Part shown: in pieces, positions 17,801 to 27,414 of the stretch
How positions within the stretch are numbered: the stretch's first letter is position 1
Layout of the letters: the number at the start of each line of letters is the position of its first letter
Source of the DNA: an uncultured Acidimicrobiaceae bacterium
GTDB lineage: Bacteria > Actinomycetota > Acidimicrobiia > Acidimicrobiales > RAAP-2
Direction: 5' to 3'
NCBI GenBank assembly: GCA_963840595.1
Contig: CAWIZQ010000001.1
Location: forward strand, 15,093 to 79,092
DNA: 64,000 bases
Position numbers and translations under genes: made by a program
The notes under the pieces: generated by a model
Seen by the model: the letters and a program-made list of their open reading frames with translations, nothing else
The model's database searches: none
Told to the model about the DNA's origin: nothing

Positions 17801-18780
17801 CTCGATAGCGGGTGCGCTTCGAAGAAGGCCCACATCAGGTTGTTCGCACTGATGGCTTGGGACTGGGGGCCGAGCACCGAGGTCAGTGCCGCGGGCAAGA
17901 CCGGGCCGCCGGGCCACTCGTGTCCCTCGCCGATCACTTCGTAGAGTTCCACACTGGCCCCATTCGCGCACTTGGTGTAAGTCGTGAGCTGAACGTTCTT
18001 GGCGACGATCGTCGATGACGGCGTCGTCGAACAGTCGTCTTGTTTCGCCCACTTCAGTTCCGCGCTCGGCACCGAGTAGGTCCAGTAGGCCTGGCCGTCA
18101 CCCTTGAAGGGATCGACGGGGTCGGCCGAGCCATGAAACGAAATGATGGGAACCGCGCGCGTGGTGGGACAGGGATCAGGCCGGCGAAGACCACTCACCG
18201 GCGCCACCGCCGCAAAGATGCCCGAGTCGTCACAGGCCAACTGACTGGCTTCGCGCGCCCCACCCGAAAAGCCAGTTACGTACACCTCGTCTCTGTTGAC
18301 GCAGTACCGGGTCTCGAGGATGCCGACGAGTTTGGTGAGAAAGCTCACGTCGTCCGCCGAACCCTTAGGCACCGCCCGACCCCCAATCAGCGGCACGCCG
18401 GGAATGTTCCAGTCAAAGCCCGTACCGTCGGTAATCAGGCCCTGGGGATAGGCGACGATGAAGTCGTCGTGATTTGACGTCTTGTTCATGTCGGTGAACA
18501 GCATCTGGTCGATCGCCGTGGTGCCACTACCGTGCAGATTGAGTACGAGGGCGAGCGGCGTGGTGTCCGACGAGCCTTTGGGGAGATGAACGATAACGGT
18601 TCGGCTGAAGCCATTGACCTTCAGACTCAATGTCGCGGAACTTCCCGGTGATGAACACCCAGTTGTGGTTGCCGCGCTGCTCGGATCGCTCGACAACGCG
18701 GACCAGCCCACCAGCGCTGCGCTCGAAACGGCCATCGAGAGCGCCACCGTCAACAGTCGAGACTGCAGAGAGCGGGTCAT
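17797..18780 (-). CDS. secreted esterase, PHB depolymerase/LpqC-like alpha/beta hydrolase
   Basis: Signal peptide, then LHGSGTT, the nucleophile elbow GFSGGA and FHGSADP. Confidence 0.7.
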   Translation of the reverse strand: MTRSLQSRLLTVALSMAVSSAALVGWSALSSDPSSAATTTGCSSPGSSATLSLKVNGFSRTVIVHLPKGSSDTTPLALVLNLHGSGTTAIDQMLFTDMNKTSNHDDFIVAYPQGLITDGTGFDWNIPGVPLIGGRAVPKGSADDVSFLTKLVGILETRYCVNRDEVYVTGFSGGAREASQLACDDSGIFAAVAPVSGLRRPDPCPTTRAVPIISFHGSADPVDPFKGDGQAYWTYSVPSAELKWAKQDDCSTTPSSTIVAKNVQLTTYTKCANGASVELYEVIGEGHEWPGGPVLPAALTSVLGPQSQAISANNLMWAFFEAHPLSS

Positions 18781-18829
18781 GACATCTCCTCTTCACCGAC
18801 GGCGCCACGTCCCGGTATTTTAGGCAACC

Positions 18830-19291
18830 ATGTTGCCTAAAATGATAGCGTGTGGCGTGGCTGAGCCAGAGCCGATGCACTTCGGGGATACCTTGGCCCT
18901 CGCACGCCGCAGCTGGGTGCGCGCCCTGCGCGACAGTCTCGCGGAGCAGGGGTACAACGACTATCGACGTAGCGACGGCCTCGCGCTTCGGTTCTTCTCG
19001 TTGGGACCCGACTCACTCGGGGCATTCGCCGATCTGACCGGCACGTCACGCCAGGCGGCCCGCAAGGTCGTAGCGGGACTGATTGATCGGGGATATGCCA
19101 CGCTCATCATCGACCCCGACGATGCGCGGCGCCGACTTGTTCTCCTGACCGACCAAGGTGACGCCTACGCCGATGCCGTTATTCGAAGCCTGGCGACCCT
19201 CAATCGGCAGGTCGAAACCAAGGTCGCCAAGCAGCAGCTAGAGGCGGCGATCGAAGTTCTATCGTTCGTGCGCGACAATATCGGCCGCTAG
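18830..19291 (+). CDS. MarR-family transcriptional regulator
   Basis: A wHTH region (LTGTSRQAARKVVAGLIDRGYATLIIDPDDARRRLVLLTDQG). Which Met is the start is uncertain. Confidence 0.75.
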   Translation: MLPKMIACGVAEPEPMHFGDTLALARRSWVRALRDSLAEQGYNDYRRSDGLALRFFSLGPDSLGAFADLTGTSRQAARKVVAGLIDRGYATLIIDPDDARRRLVLLTDQGDAYADAVIRSLATLNRQVETKVAKQQLEAAIEVLSFVRDNIGR

Positions 19292-19314
19292 GGTGAGCGC
19301 ACGAAGGGGACGGC

Positions 19315-20274
19315 ATGAAGATACTCATTATTGGTGGAACGTCGTTCGTCGGTCGTGCGATCGCGTGGTCCGCGTGGCACCACGGGCACGAGGTCACCGT
19401 CTTCAATCGCGGCATCACCCCGAGCGACTTGCCCGAATCCGTGACGCGTCTCATCGGCGATCGCGAGAGTGATCTCGCCGCTCTGGCCGGACACTCGTTC
19501 GACGCCACGCTCGATGTCACCGCCTATCGACCGAGCGACGTCGAGCGCCTGGCGAACGCGCTGGAGAGTCGCGGAGGTCATTACCTGCAGATCTCTTCGA
19601 TCTCGGCGTACCGCGAACCGAGCGAAGCGGGCTTAAGCGAAGATCGCCTCGAGCTCGACGACGATCCTGACGATCTCAACGCGCCGATCGGCGAGGCGTA
19701 CGGTCCGCTCAAGGCCGCGAGTGAGCGCGCCGGATGGGCCTACTTCGGTGATCACTCCACAATGGTGCGTCCCACGTACGTCGTGGGTGCCTTCGACGCG
19801 ACGTTGCGCTTTCCGTACTGGGTCGAACGCGTGCGTCGCGGCGGCGTGATCGCGGTTCCCGGACCCAGCGACTCGTACTTTCAGTGGATCGACGCGCGCG
19901 ACCTCGCGAACTTCGTCGTACGCCTCACCGAGGAGGGACGCTCGGGCGCCTTTCACGCCGCGGGCCCGATGGTCGGCCAGCGTTTCGTCGAGACCATCGA
20001 AGAGATCGCCACGCACATCGCCCCACCCGACACCGTGCTGCGCGAGGTCAGCCCCGAGCAGGTCACCGAAGCCAAGGTGACGCGCCGGTTTCCACTCTGG
20101 TCGGCGCAACTCGAGAACGTCATGGCCCTCGACTCATCATTGGCCCTGAGCGAGGGGCTCTCCCTGCGACCCCTTTCCGACAGCGTCGACGATGTCCTCG
20201 AGTGGTGGGCGGATCGCCCGTGGCCCGACCACTGGTTGAGCGCCGAGAAAGAAGCCCGACTCCTCGCGCTCTGA
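19315..20274 (+). CDS. NAD-dependent epimerase/dehydratase family (SDR)
   Basis: N-terminal Rossmann motif MKILIIGGTSFVGRAI and a YGPLK active-site context. Confidence 0.8.
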   Translation: MKILIIGGTSFVGRAIAWSAWHHGHEVTVFNRGITPSDLPESVTRLIGDRESDLAALAGHSFDATLDVTAYRPSDVERLANALESRGGHYLQISSISAYREPSEAGLSEDRLELDDDPDDLNAPIGEAYGPLKAASERAGWAYFGDHSTMVRPTYVVGAFDATLRFPYWVERVRRGGVIAVPGPSDSYFQWIDARDLANFVVRLTEEGRSGAFHAAGPMVGQRFVETIEEIATHIAPPDTVLREVSPEQVTEAKVTRRFPLWSAQLENVMALDSSLALSEGLSLRPLSDSVDDVLEWWADRPWPDHWLSAEKEARLLAL

Positions 20275-20316
20275 GAAACTTGAAAAGAAGCGGACTCGAG
20301 CGGACAGAGGGGAATC

Positions 20317-20820
20317 ATGGGCGCTGAAGAGGAGGCTCGGTTCGCCCGACTCGTCCACGAGCACTCCGGGGCCGTGGGCAACTACATCCGGCGGCGCCTC
20401 TATCCCTTGAGTGCGAGCGACCTCGACGACCTCGTGGAGGAAACCATGATCGTCGTCTGGCGCCGCCTCGATCGGGTGCCCGAGGACGCGGAACTGCCGT
20501 GGATGCTCGGGGTCGCCCGCAACGTGTTGCGCAATGCGCGGCGCTCGAAGACCCGGCGTAGCGCCGTCGAGGCGCGCCTCGTCCCGATGAGTGACGCCGC
20601 GTCGGCCGAAGAGCACGTGATCGCCGACGAGAGCGTGCGCCAGGCGCTGAGCTCGCTGTCGGAGGACGATCGCGAGATCCTCTTGCTCAACGCCTGGGAT
20701 GGACTCGACACCCACGCACTCGCCGCGTACTTCGTGATCAGCACCAACGCCGCCGCGGTACGGCTCTCGCGCGCCCAGCAACGGTTCCGCGAACTTCTCA
20801 ATGAAGCGCAGGTCCGATGA
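20317..20820 (+). CDS. ECF-type RNA polymerase sigma factor
   Basis: Sigma-70 region 2 (DLDDLVEETMIVVWRRL) and region 4 (LSEDDREILLLNAWDGLDTHALAAYFVISTNAAAVRLSRAQQRF). Confidence 0.85.
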   Translation: MGAEEEARFARLVHEHSGAVGNYIRRRLYPLSASDLDDLVEETMIVVWRRLDRVPEDAELPWMLGVARNVLRNARRSKTRRSAVEARLVPMSDAASAEEHVIADESVRQALSSLSEDDREILLLNAWDGLDTHALAAYFVISTNAAAVRLSRAQQRFRELLNEAQVR

Positions 20821-20866
20821 AAGTTTTGTCCGTCTACGACAGGGATCAAGTATGGAAGGAGGACGA

Positions 20867-21997
20867 ATGAGCAGTATTGACGACCGCCTCGCGGCACTCG
20901 ACCCGGCTGCGCGCGACCCGTATCAGCCGCGCCATCTCGACGAGATGATCAGCCGCATTGTCTCGACCTCCCCCTCTTCGGCTCGCGCGCCGTGGTGGCG
21001 CCGACTGAAAATACGCATGGCGGGCGGAGTCGTTGTGGCGGGTGCGCTCACGGCGGGCGCGCTTGCCCTCTTCGCGGGCCCGAACCTGAGCGTGCTCGCC
21101 ATCCAGAGCGCCTATCACTCCGTTCCGGCGGAGCCGGGTTCCACGTTCGCCGCCGCGGCCGACACGCGGGTCAACTTCGTCGCGGGTGCGTCGCTCGGCA
21201 CACAGTCAGGATCGAGCGCCGTCTACGAACTCGGCGTTCCGGGGCCGAATGCGACTACCGCGCGACACATCGCCGCGGTCTTTGGCGACACGGGCGCGCT
21301 TCGTCACTCGGGCAACAACTGGGTCGTCACGAACCACTCCGGCGCCTCGCTCGACTATCAGGCATCGGCCGTCCCGCAGTGGTTCTACTCGTCCACGACG
21401 TACCCGGTGGCGCCCGCCACGAAGTCCGACGTGGCGTCGGTGCCAATGCCGAGCCACGCCACGCTCAGCGCCGACGCGACTGGCTACGTGAAGAAACTGG
21501 GTTACACCTACGCACTCGCCTCGCCGGACGTTTCTTCTTCAACGGTGTCCATCACAAACGCGAGTGGCGCACCCGCTGAGCAGAGTCAAGAACAAGCCAC
21601 TTTCGTCGTTACGCTGGGCGCACGAGCGACCGCTCAGACGTTGAGCATCACCGTGGGCTCGAAGAACCAGTTGATCCTCGCCCAGGGACCCGCCTTTCGG
21701 GTGAGTGCCAGTCCCACCTATCCGCTCATCAGCGCTCGAGGTGGGGTGGAGAGCCTGAGCTCGACCGAGCACGCGCTGTCTGGTGCGGGATCATCGGTAC
21801 CGATCGATCACGTGGTCTTAGCTCACGCCACGCTGTCGCTCAGCGCGTTTCGGCTGAGCGACGGTGCGACGTGGCTGCTTCCCATCTATACCTATTCGAG
21901 CGGATCGAAGGACGCCATGACGTGGAGCGAGATCGCCGTGGCGCCCACGTACCTGCACCTACGCCTCGGCCTCGCCGAAAGCCTGCTTCACGGCTAG
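20867..21997 (+). CDS. membrane-anchored protein downstream of ECF sigma (putative anti-sigma/partner; no zinc-finger anti-sigma motif seen)
   Basis: ATG at 20867 is preceded by GGAAGGAGGA. There is a short cytoplasmic N-terminus, one TM segment (GGVVVAGALTAGALALFAG) and a large Ser/Ala/Thr-rich ectodomain. Confidence 0.55.
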   Translation: MSSIDDRLAALDPAARDPYQPRHLDEMISRIVSTSPSSARAPWWRRLKIRMAGGVVVAGALTAGALALFAGPNLSVLAIQSAYHSVPAEPGSTFAAAADTRVNFVAGASLGTQSGSSAVYELGVPGPNATTARHIAAVFGDTGALRHSGNNWVVTNHSGASLDYQASAVPQWFYSSTTYPVAPATKSDVASVPMPSHATLSADATGYVKKLGYTYALASPDVSSSTVSITNASGAPAEQSQEQATFVVTLGARATAQTLSITVGSKNQLILAQGPAFRVSASPTYPLISARGGVESLSSTEHALSGAGSSVPIDHVVLAHATLSLSAFRLSDGATWLLPIYTYSSGSKDAMTWSEIAVAPTYLHLRLGLAESLLHG

Positions 21998-21998
21998 A

Positions 21999-22922
21999 TC
22001 AGTTGTACGAGTTGTTTATCTGGAAGGAGTCGTTGACGTGACGAACCTGAATTTGGCCGATACCCACTTGTAGGTTCATCACGAGCACGGCGCCCGGATG
22101 CTCCTTGGGCGGTACCGCGGTCGGCGGGATCTGTTCACTCAGCACGTCGCCGAGGCCCGCGTGCGTCTTGAGGTACACCACGACTCCCTGGGGCACATCA
22201 ACGAATAGTGTTCCCACGCCTTGGGTCGCCGTCACGTACGTCGTGCCCGAAAATGACACGTGGGAAAGGTCGATGGTCGTCGCGCCAATGGCCCCGCGAT
22301 AGGTGCGTTGCACTTCCGACTGGGTCGTGGGCGACCAATTTTTCACACCACTACCTCCGCGCACGGGCACGCCGATCTCGTGGATCGTGATGATGAACAC
22401 GCCCGAGAGCAAGATCAGAAAACTCACTCCCGCCAGAAAGAGCAGACCGAGGAGACGACGAAAAGTGAGGCGACGCGCGGGCGTAAAGAGAGCGAGCACG
22501 GCCACCACGATCAAAAAGAACAGCCACAGAAACGCGAACGGTAGGCCCAGCGCGGTCATGTTGTGCACGGCGGCGAAGACAACAACCGCGAGCACCACGA
22601 CCCCCAGCGGTATCGCGTAGCGCAACCACTTCACGCGCGGCGCGTCTTCTACCTCGAGCGCCTCGCCCTCGGGAGTGTCGGCGCGGGGAATGAGCGCCCA
22701 CATGGCGAGGTAGATCGCGATGCCCAGTCCGTACACGACGGCCAGCACCACGAAGACCACGCGCACAATGTTGGCGTCGACGTCGAAGCGCTCGGCGATC
22801 CCCCCTGCGACGCCACCGAAGACCTTCTTGGTCGCGCTACGGTGCAACGACGCCGCACCGCGATCGGGTTTCGTCGGCTCTTCGTCGGCGTTGGTGTGGG
22901 TACTTTCCAGAGGCTCGTCCAT
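21999..22922 (-). CDS. PspC-domain membrane protein with LiaF-like C-terminal domain
   Basis: PspC motif KKVFGGVAGGIAERFDVDANIVRVVFVVLAVVYGLGIAIYLAMWALIP, several TM segments and a beta-rich C-terminus. Start taken at MDEPLEST. Confidence 0.7.
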   Translation of the reverse strand: MDEPLESTHTNADEEPTKPDRGAASLHRSATKKVFGGVAGGIAERFDVDANIVRVVFVVLAVVYGLGIAIYLAMWALIPRADTPEGEALEVEDAPRVKWLRYAIPLGVVVLAVVVFAAVHNMTALGLPFAFLWLFFLIVVAVLALFTPARRLTFRRLLGLLFLAGVSFLILLSGVFIITIHEIGVPVRGGSGVKNWSPTTQSEVQRTYRGAIGATTIDLSHVSFSGTTYVTATQGVGTLFVDVPQGVVVYLKTHAGLGDVLSEQIPPTAVPPKEHPGAVLVMNLQVGIGQIQVRHVNDSFQINNSYN

Positions 22923-23070
22923 GGTCCCAATGTAAGTTCCCGCGCTTCGTACTCTCATCAGGGCGAACCCCGACGACACCCTGGGGACACCGGCACCCTT
23001 CAGGGTTTCCCCCGACGCCGCTTGCGGTGGCACGGTGCGAGACTAGATAGGACGACAGCACAGGAGTGAT

Positions 23071-24321
23071 GTGAGTACCCAGACCCCCACCCGCGCGACG
23101 ATCGGCGTACCGGTCCGCCCCCTCCAACGGGGTGTCGACAACGCGATCCTCGGTGGCGTCTGCGGCGGTCTCGCTATTCGACTCGGCGTACGTGAACGCG
23201 TCGTTCGCATCATCTTCTGCCTGCTCGCTCTGGTCTCGGGCGTCGGCCTTCTGCTCTACATGCTCATGTGGCTCGGCGTGCGCCGGGCCGACGAGTCGCG
23301 TTCAATCGCTCAACGCATCGTCGGTCGCCGCCACAAGCTGGTCAACATCGTCATCGGGGCTGCCGCCATCGTCGCCATCTTCGTCGTCCTCAATCGCCTC
23401 GGCATGCCCGACCTCGGTATCTACGCGTGGCCGTTCTTTCTCACCGTGATCGGCGCGATCGGGGTGTGGCGGGGTGCCTCTCCCGAAGAGCGGGCCCATC
23501 TCCAAGAACTCGCCAAGTCGGCCCCCATCGTGGGTGCGGCGGCCTCGCGAACCCGCTGGAGCTTCTGGTTGCGTCTCGCGCTGGGCGTGATCTTCATCAT
23601 TTTTGGCCTGCAGATTCTTCACCACCTCGGCAGCCCCTGGAGTCACGACACCACGGCCGCGCTTTTTGGCACGCTCATATTGATCGGCGGCGCGGCAATT
23701 CTGCTCGCCCCGTGGTGGCTCGCCACGCTCAGCGACCTGACCGGCGAACGACGTCAGCGCGTGCGCATGGAAGAGCGCGCTGACGTCGCCGCTCACCTTC
23801 ATGACTCGGTCCTCCAGACCCTCACCTTGATCGAACGCTCGGCCGGGGACGAAGTTGCCGTGAAGCGCCTCGCGCGCACCCAGGAGCGCGAATTGCGCGA
23901 GTGGCTGTTCAACCCTGAAGGATCGGGTGACTCCGGTACTTTCCTCAGCGACCTGCGCTCTCTCGAGAACGAAATCGAGAATGACTACGGCGTGCGCGTG
24001 GATCTGGTGGTCGTGGGCGACTGCGAGAGCAACGAGCGCGTGGCTGCGCTCGTCGCAGCGGGCCGCGAAGCGGCGATCAATGCGGCGCGCTGGTCCGGTG
24101 CTGATCTCGTGTCGATCTACGCCGAGGTCGAAGAGTCGACGCTCAGCCTGTTCGTGCGCGACCAGGGATCGGGGTTCGATCCCGAACACGTCGTGAGCGA
24201 CCGTCAGGGAATTGCGCTCTCCATTCGCCAACGCATCGCCCACCGCGGCGGCGAGGTGTTGATCAAGAGCACGATCGGCGAGGGCACCGAGGTGCAACTG
24301 ACGTTGCCGCGAAGCGCCTAA
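23071..24321 (+). CDS. sensor histidine kinase with N-terminal PspC domain (LiaS/NarL-type, HisKA_3)
   Basis: PspC motif ILGGVCGGLAIRLGVRERVVRIIFCLLALVSGVGLLLYMLMW, H-box AAHLHDSVLQTL and HATPase motifs (NAARWSG, DQGSGF, GEGT). Confidence 0.85.
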   Translation: MSTQTPTRATIGVPVRPLQRGVDNAILGGVCGGLAIRLGVRERVVRIIFCLLALVSGVGLLLYMLMWLGVRRADESRSIAQRIVGRRHKLVNIVIGAAAIVAIFVVLNRLGMPDLGIYAWPFFLTVIGAIGVWRGASPEERAHLQELAKSAPIVGAAASRTRWSFWLRLALGVIFIIFGLQILHHLGSPWSHDTTAALFGTLILIGGAAILLAPWWLATLSDLTGERRQRVRMEERADVAAHLHDSVLQTLTLIERSAGDEVAVKRLARTQERELREWLFNPEGSGDSGTFLSDLRSLENEIENDYGVRVDLVVVGDCESNERVAALVAAGREAAINAARWSGADLVSIYAEVEESTLSLFVRDQGSGFDPEHVVSDRQGIALSIRQRIAHRGGEVLIKSTIGEGTEVQLTLPRSA

Positions 24322-24969
24322 ATGCAACCGCGCGTCTTTCTCGTCGACGACCACGAGCTCATCCGCAAGGGCATTCGCAGCGAGCTTCAAGGGTCGGTGG
24401 ACGTCGTCGGCGAAGCCGATGAGGTCGAAGCCGCCATCGAGATCATCCTGGAGCGTCGTCCCGACGTCGTACTGCTCGACGTCCACATGCCCAACGGCGG
24501 GGGCGTCGCCGTGTTGCGAGGCGTCGTCGACGCAGCGCCCGAAGTGCGGTTCCTGGCTCTATCGGTCTCGGACGCCGCCGAGGACGTCATCAGCGTGATC
24601 CGCGCGGGCGCGCGAGGCTACGTCACCAAGAACATCTCCGGCCCCGAACTCCTCGATGCGATTTATCGGGTCGCCGCGGGTGATGCCGTCTTCTCGCCGC
24701 GCCTGGCCGGGTTTGTCCTCGACGCCTTTTCCCTGGAGGGCCGGCACCTCGAAGCGGGCGACATCGACCCGGATCTGGACCTTCTCACACCCCGCGAGCG
24801 CCAGGTCCTTCGTCTGATCGCGAGGGGCTACTCGTACCGCGACATCGCGACCGAACTCTCCATTTCCGTCAAGACGGTGGAGAGCCACGTCTCATCGGTA
24901 CTACGCAAGCTCCAACTCTCCAATCGCCACCAGCTCTCGAACTGGGCCAGCGAGCGTCACCTGAACTGA
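24322..24969 (+). CDS. LuxR/NarL-family response regulator
   Basis: Receiver domain (VFLVDDHELIRKG...VLLDVHMP) plus a LuxR HTH (LTPRERQVLRLIARGYSYRDIATELSISVKTVESHV). Confidence 0.9.
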   Translation: MQPRVFLVDDHELIRKGIRSELQGSVDVVGEADEVEAAIEIILERRPDVVLLDVHMPNGGGVAVLRGVVDAAPEVRFLALSVSDAAEDVISVIRAGARGYVTKNISGPELLDAIYRVAAGDAVFSPRLAGFVLDAFSLEGRHLEAGDIDPDLDLLTPRERQVLRLIARGYSYRDIATELSISVKTVESHVSSVLRKLQLSNRHQLSNWASERHLN

Positions 24970-24970
24970 G

Positions 24971-26569
24971 CTAACGCTGCTCAATGAGGTCCATGTACTC
25001 CTCGTCCCAGATGTCGAAGTACTCCTCGGGCAGTAGCACGGCGTGGGTCGGCTCAAGGGCCTCGACGAAACCGCGTTCGTGACTGACGGCGACGATCGTG
25101 CCCTTCCACTGACGCATCATCTCGCCGAGGGCGTCGACGCTGGCGGGGTCCAAGTTATTGGTCGGCTCGTCGAGCAGGAGCAGGTTCGCGCGAGAGGACG
25201 CCAGGATCGCCAAGGCCAACTTCGCGCGCTCACCACCCGAGAGCGTCGCGGGCATCTGGTGCGCGGCCGTTCCCTTCAGGCCAAATGCGCCCAGCATGGA
25301 GCGACGCTGCACGTCGGACTCGACGGTTGAGTTATCCAGGTTGCCCAGCACGGTCTTGTCGAAGTCGAGCTGTTCGTTCTCCTGGGCGAAGTAGCCCACG
25401 GTCACGTTGGCCCCAAACTTCACCACGCCATCATTCTGCTCTTGGGTGCCGGCCAAACAACGCAACAGCGAGGACTTGCCGGCCCCGTTGCGACCCACGA
25501 TCACGATTCGATCCCCGCGTCGGGTGATGAAGTTCACGTCGCGCAGCACGTGGTTGTTGGCGTAGGCCACGGCCACCGAGTCCACGGTCATGGGCACGTC
25601 GCCGCTGCGCGGGGGTACCGGCAGGCGAAAGACAACCTTCTTTTCCTTCTTGGTCACTTCGATGCGCGAGTCCTTGAGCTTCTCGACGCGACGGTCGAGC
25701 ACCTTGGCGAGGCGTGCGCGCTTTTCGGTCTGTCCGCGCATCGAGTCGGCCAGCTTGGTGAACTGATCGATCTTGGCGTCCTGGTGGGCGGCGATCTTCT
25801 CTTCGGAGAGCCGACGTTCTTCTTCGAGTTGCAGGAACTTCGAGTAGTTCCCCTTGTACTCGCGCAACTGCCCATCACGCAGCGCCAGCACGCGGTCGAT
25901 CGAGCGATCGAGCAGCGGCAGGTCGTGACTAATCACGAGCACGGCGCCGCGGAACTGTTCGAGCTCATCGAACAGCCAGCGCTTGGCCGCCTTGTCGAGG
26001 TGGTTCGTGGGCTCGTCGAGCACCATGGTCTCGGGCTGCTCGTAGAGCACGCGCATGAGGTCGACCCGTCGTCGTTGTCCACCCGAGAGGGAGTTGAGGT
26101 CTTCGAGCAGGAGGTCTTGGTTAAGCCCGAGGCCGTCGGCGAGACGCGCCACTTCCGACTCCGCCTCGTACCCGCCACGCTCGCGAAACTCCTCTTCGAG
26201 GGAGGTGAAGCGAACGATGGTTTCATCGGTCGGGTCGGCCGCCAACTCGTGGCGCGCGTGTTGCATGTCGGCGTCGAGTTGGTCAATGCCCCGTGCACTT
26301 AGCACGTGGCTGAGCCCAATGGGCTCGACCCCGAGCCCCCCCGCGACGGGCTCTTGGGGCAGGTGCGCGAGCGAGCCCTGGGCCGCGACGGAGCCGGTGA
26401 TGCGCAGGTGTTCGGGGTGCTCGCCGAGCAGAACGTGCAGCAACGTTGACTTGCCCGCGCCATTGCGACCGACGAGGCCCACCTTCTCGCCGTTGCCGAT
26501 GACGAAGGACACCGGCTCGAGGAGACGGCGAGGACCGATTTCGATCCCGAGGTCCCGGACAATTAACAC
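24971..26569 (-). CDS. ABC-F family ATPase (two ABC domains, no TMD)
   Basis: Two Walker A motifs (GRNGAGKST and GRNGAGKSS), two signature motifs (LSGGQRRR and LSGGERAK) and a charged linker between the domains. Confidence 0.88.
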   Translation of the reverse strand: MLIVRDLGIEIGPRRLLEPVSFVIGNGEKVGLVGRNGAGKSTLLHVLLGEHPEHLRITGSVAAQGSLAHLPQEPVAGGLGVEPIGLSHVLSARGIDQLDADMQHARHELAADPTDETIVRFTSLEEEFRERGGYEAESEVARLADGLGLNQDLLLEDLNSLSGGQRRRVDLMRVLYEQPETMVLDEPTNHLDKAAKRWLFDELEQFRGAVLVISHDLPLLDRSIDRVLALRDGQLREYKGNYSKFLQLEEERRLSEEKIAAHQDAKIDQFTKLADSMRGQTEKRARLAKVLDRRVEKLKDSRIEVTKKEKKVVFRLPVPPRSGDVPMTVDSVAVAYANNHVLRDVNFITRRGDRIVIVGRNGAGKSSLLRCLAGTQEQNDGVVKFGANVTVGYFAQENEQLDFDKTVLGNLDNSTVESDVQRRSMLGAFGLKGTAAHQMPATLSGGERAKLALAILASSRANLLLLDEPTNNLDPASVDALGEMMRQWKGTIVAVSHERGFVEALEPTHAVLLPEEYFDIWDEEYMDLIEQR

Positions 26570-26772
26570 GAGATGCCCCCCCAGAGTCGAGGGCCGCGGG
26601 GGCGTGTCAAGTCCCGGCCCGGGGCCGTACGGATCTCGTTAATGGCGTTAGCCGTCTCGAGCACAAGTTGGGTAATGGCGAAAATACGGAGTCCTTCGAA
26701 GGCGATTTTCTCGCGGTTGATGATTTTAGTTGCCGTGGCGGGATGAGCGCCTTCAGCACCTACGCTCGCGCC

Positions 26773-27414
26773 ATGGCCACTCCCCTTCCCATCGACGTCT
26801 GGAGCGACGTCGTCTGCCCCTTTTGCTACATCGGTTCCGTTCAGTTGGACCAAGCGATCGAACTGTTCGAACATGAGGTGGACGTCACGTACCACGCCTT
26901 CGAGCTTGATCCCGAGGCCCCCGCCTCGAGCGACGAGGCCCTCGACGAGATCCTGGCGACGAAGTACCAGATGCCGGTCGAACGCGCCCGAGCGATGAAC
27001 GCGCGCCTCGCGAGTCAGGCCGCGCAACTGGGACTCGCTCTTTCCTTTGAAACCGTGCGACGCGCCAACTCCTTCGACGCCCACCGCTTGATCGATCTCG
27101 CGACCACCCAGGGACGTGGGGCCGCGATGAGAGAGCGGCTGTTTCGGGCCTACTTCACCGAGGGTCTTCTGATCTCTGATCACGACACCTTGAACGCCCT
27201 CGCCGATGAGATCGGCGTGACCAGGGCGTCAGAGTTGTGGGAGGACGAGTCGTTTGTGTCTGACGTGCGCGGCGACGAACGTGAAGCCCACGACCTCGGA
27301 CTCAACGGGGTGCCGGCCTTCGTCCTCGATAGGCGGCTCTTGGTGTCCGGGGCTCAGGGTGCCGAGGCGATCGCGAATGCTCTGCGCCAGGCGTGGGAGT
27401 CGCGAGAAGGCTAG
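26773..27414 (+). CDS. DsbA/FrnE-family thiol oxidoreductase
   Basis: IDVWSDVVCPFCY CxxC motif near the N-terminus and GVPAFVLD near the C-terminus. The start could be 26743 or 26773. Confidence 0.8.
   Translation: MATPLPIDVWSDVVCPFCYIGSVQLDQAIELFEHEVDVTYHAFELDPEAPASSDEALDEILATKYQMPVERARAMNARLASQAAQLGLALSFETVRRANSFDAHRLIDLATTQGRGAAMRERLFRAYFTEGLLISDHDTLNALADEIGVTRASELWEDESFVSDVRGDEREAHDLGLNGVPAFVLDRRLLVSGAQGAEAIANALRQAWESREG

Noticed and set aside
23302-24486. A 394-aa ORF antisense to the PspC histidine kinase. There are similar long shadow ORFs elsewhere, for example 45253-46302, 7555-8154, 38083-38790, 60646-61512 and 30871-31620.
   Set aside because: Long stop-free antisense or off-frame ORFs are expected at this G+C content. 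Their translations are Arg/Ala/Gly/Pro-rich low-complexity sequence with no motifs. Each fully overlaps a gene with strong family signatures.
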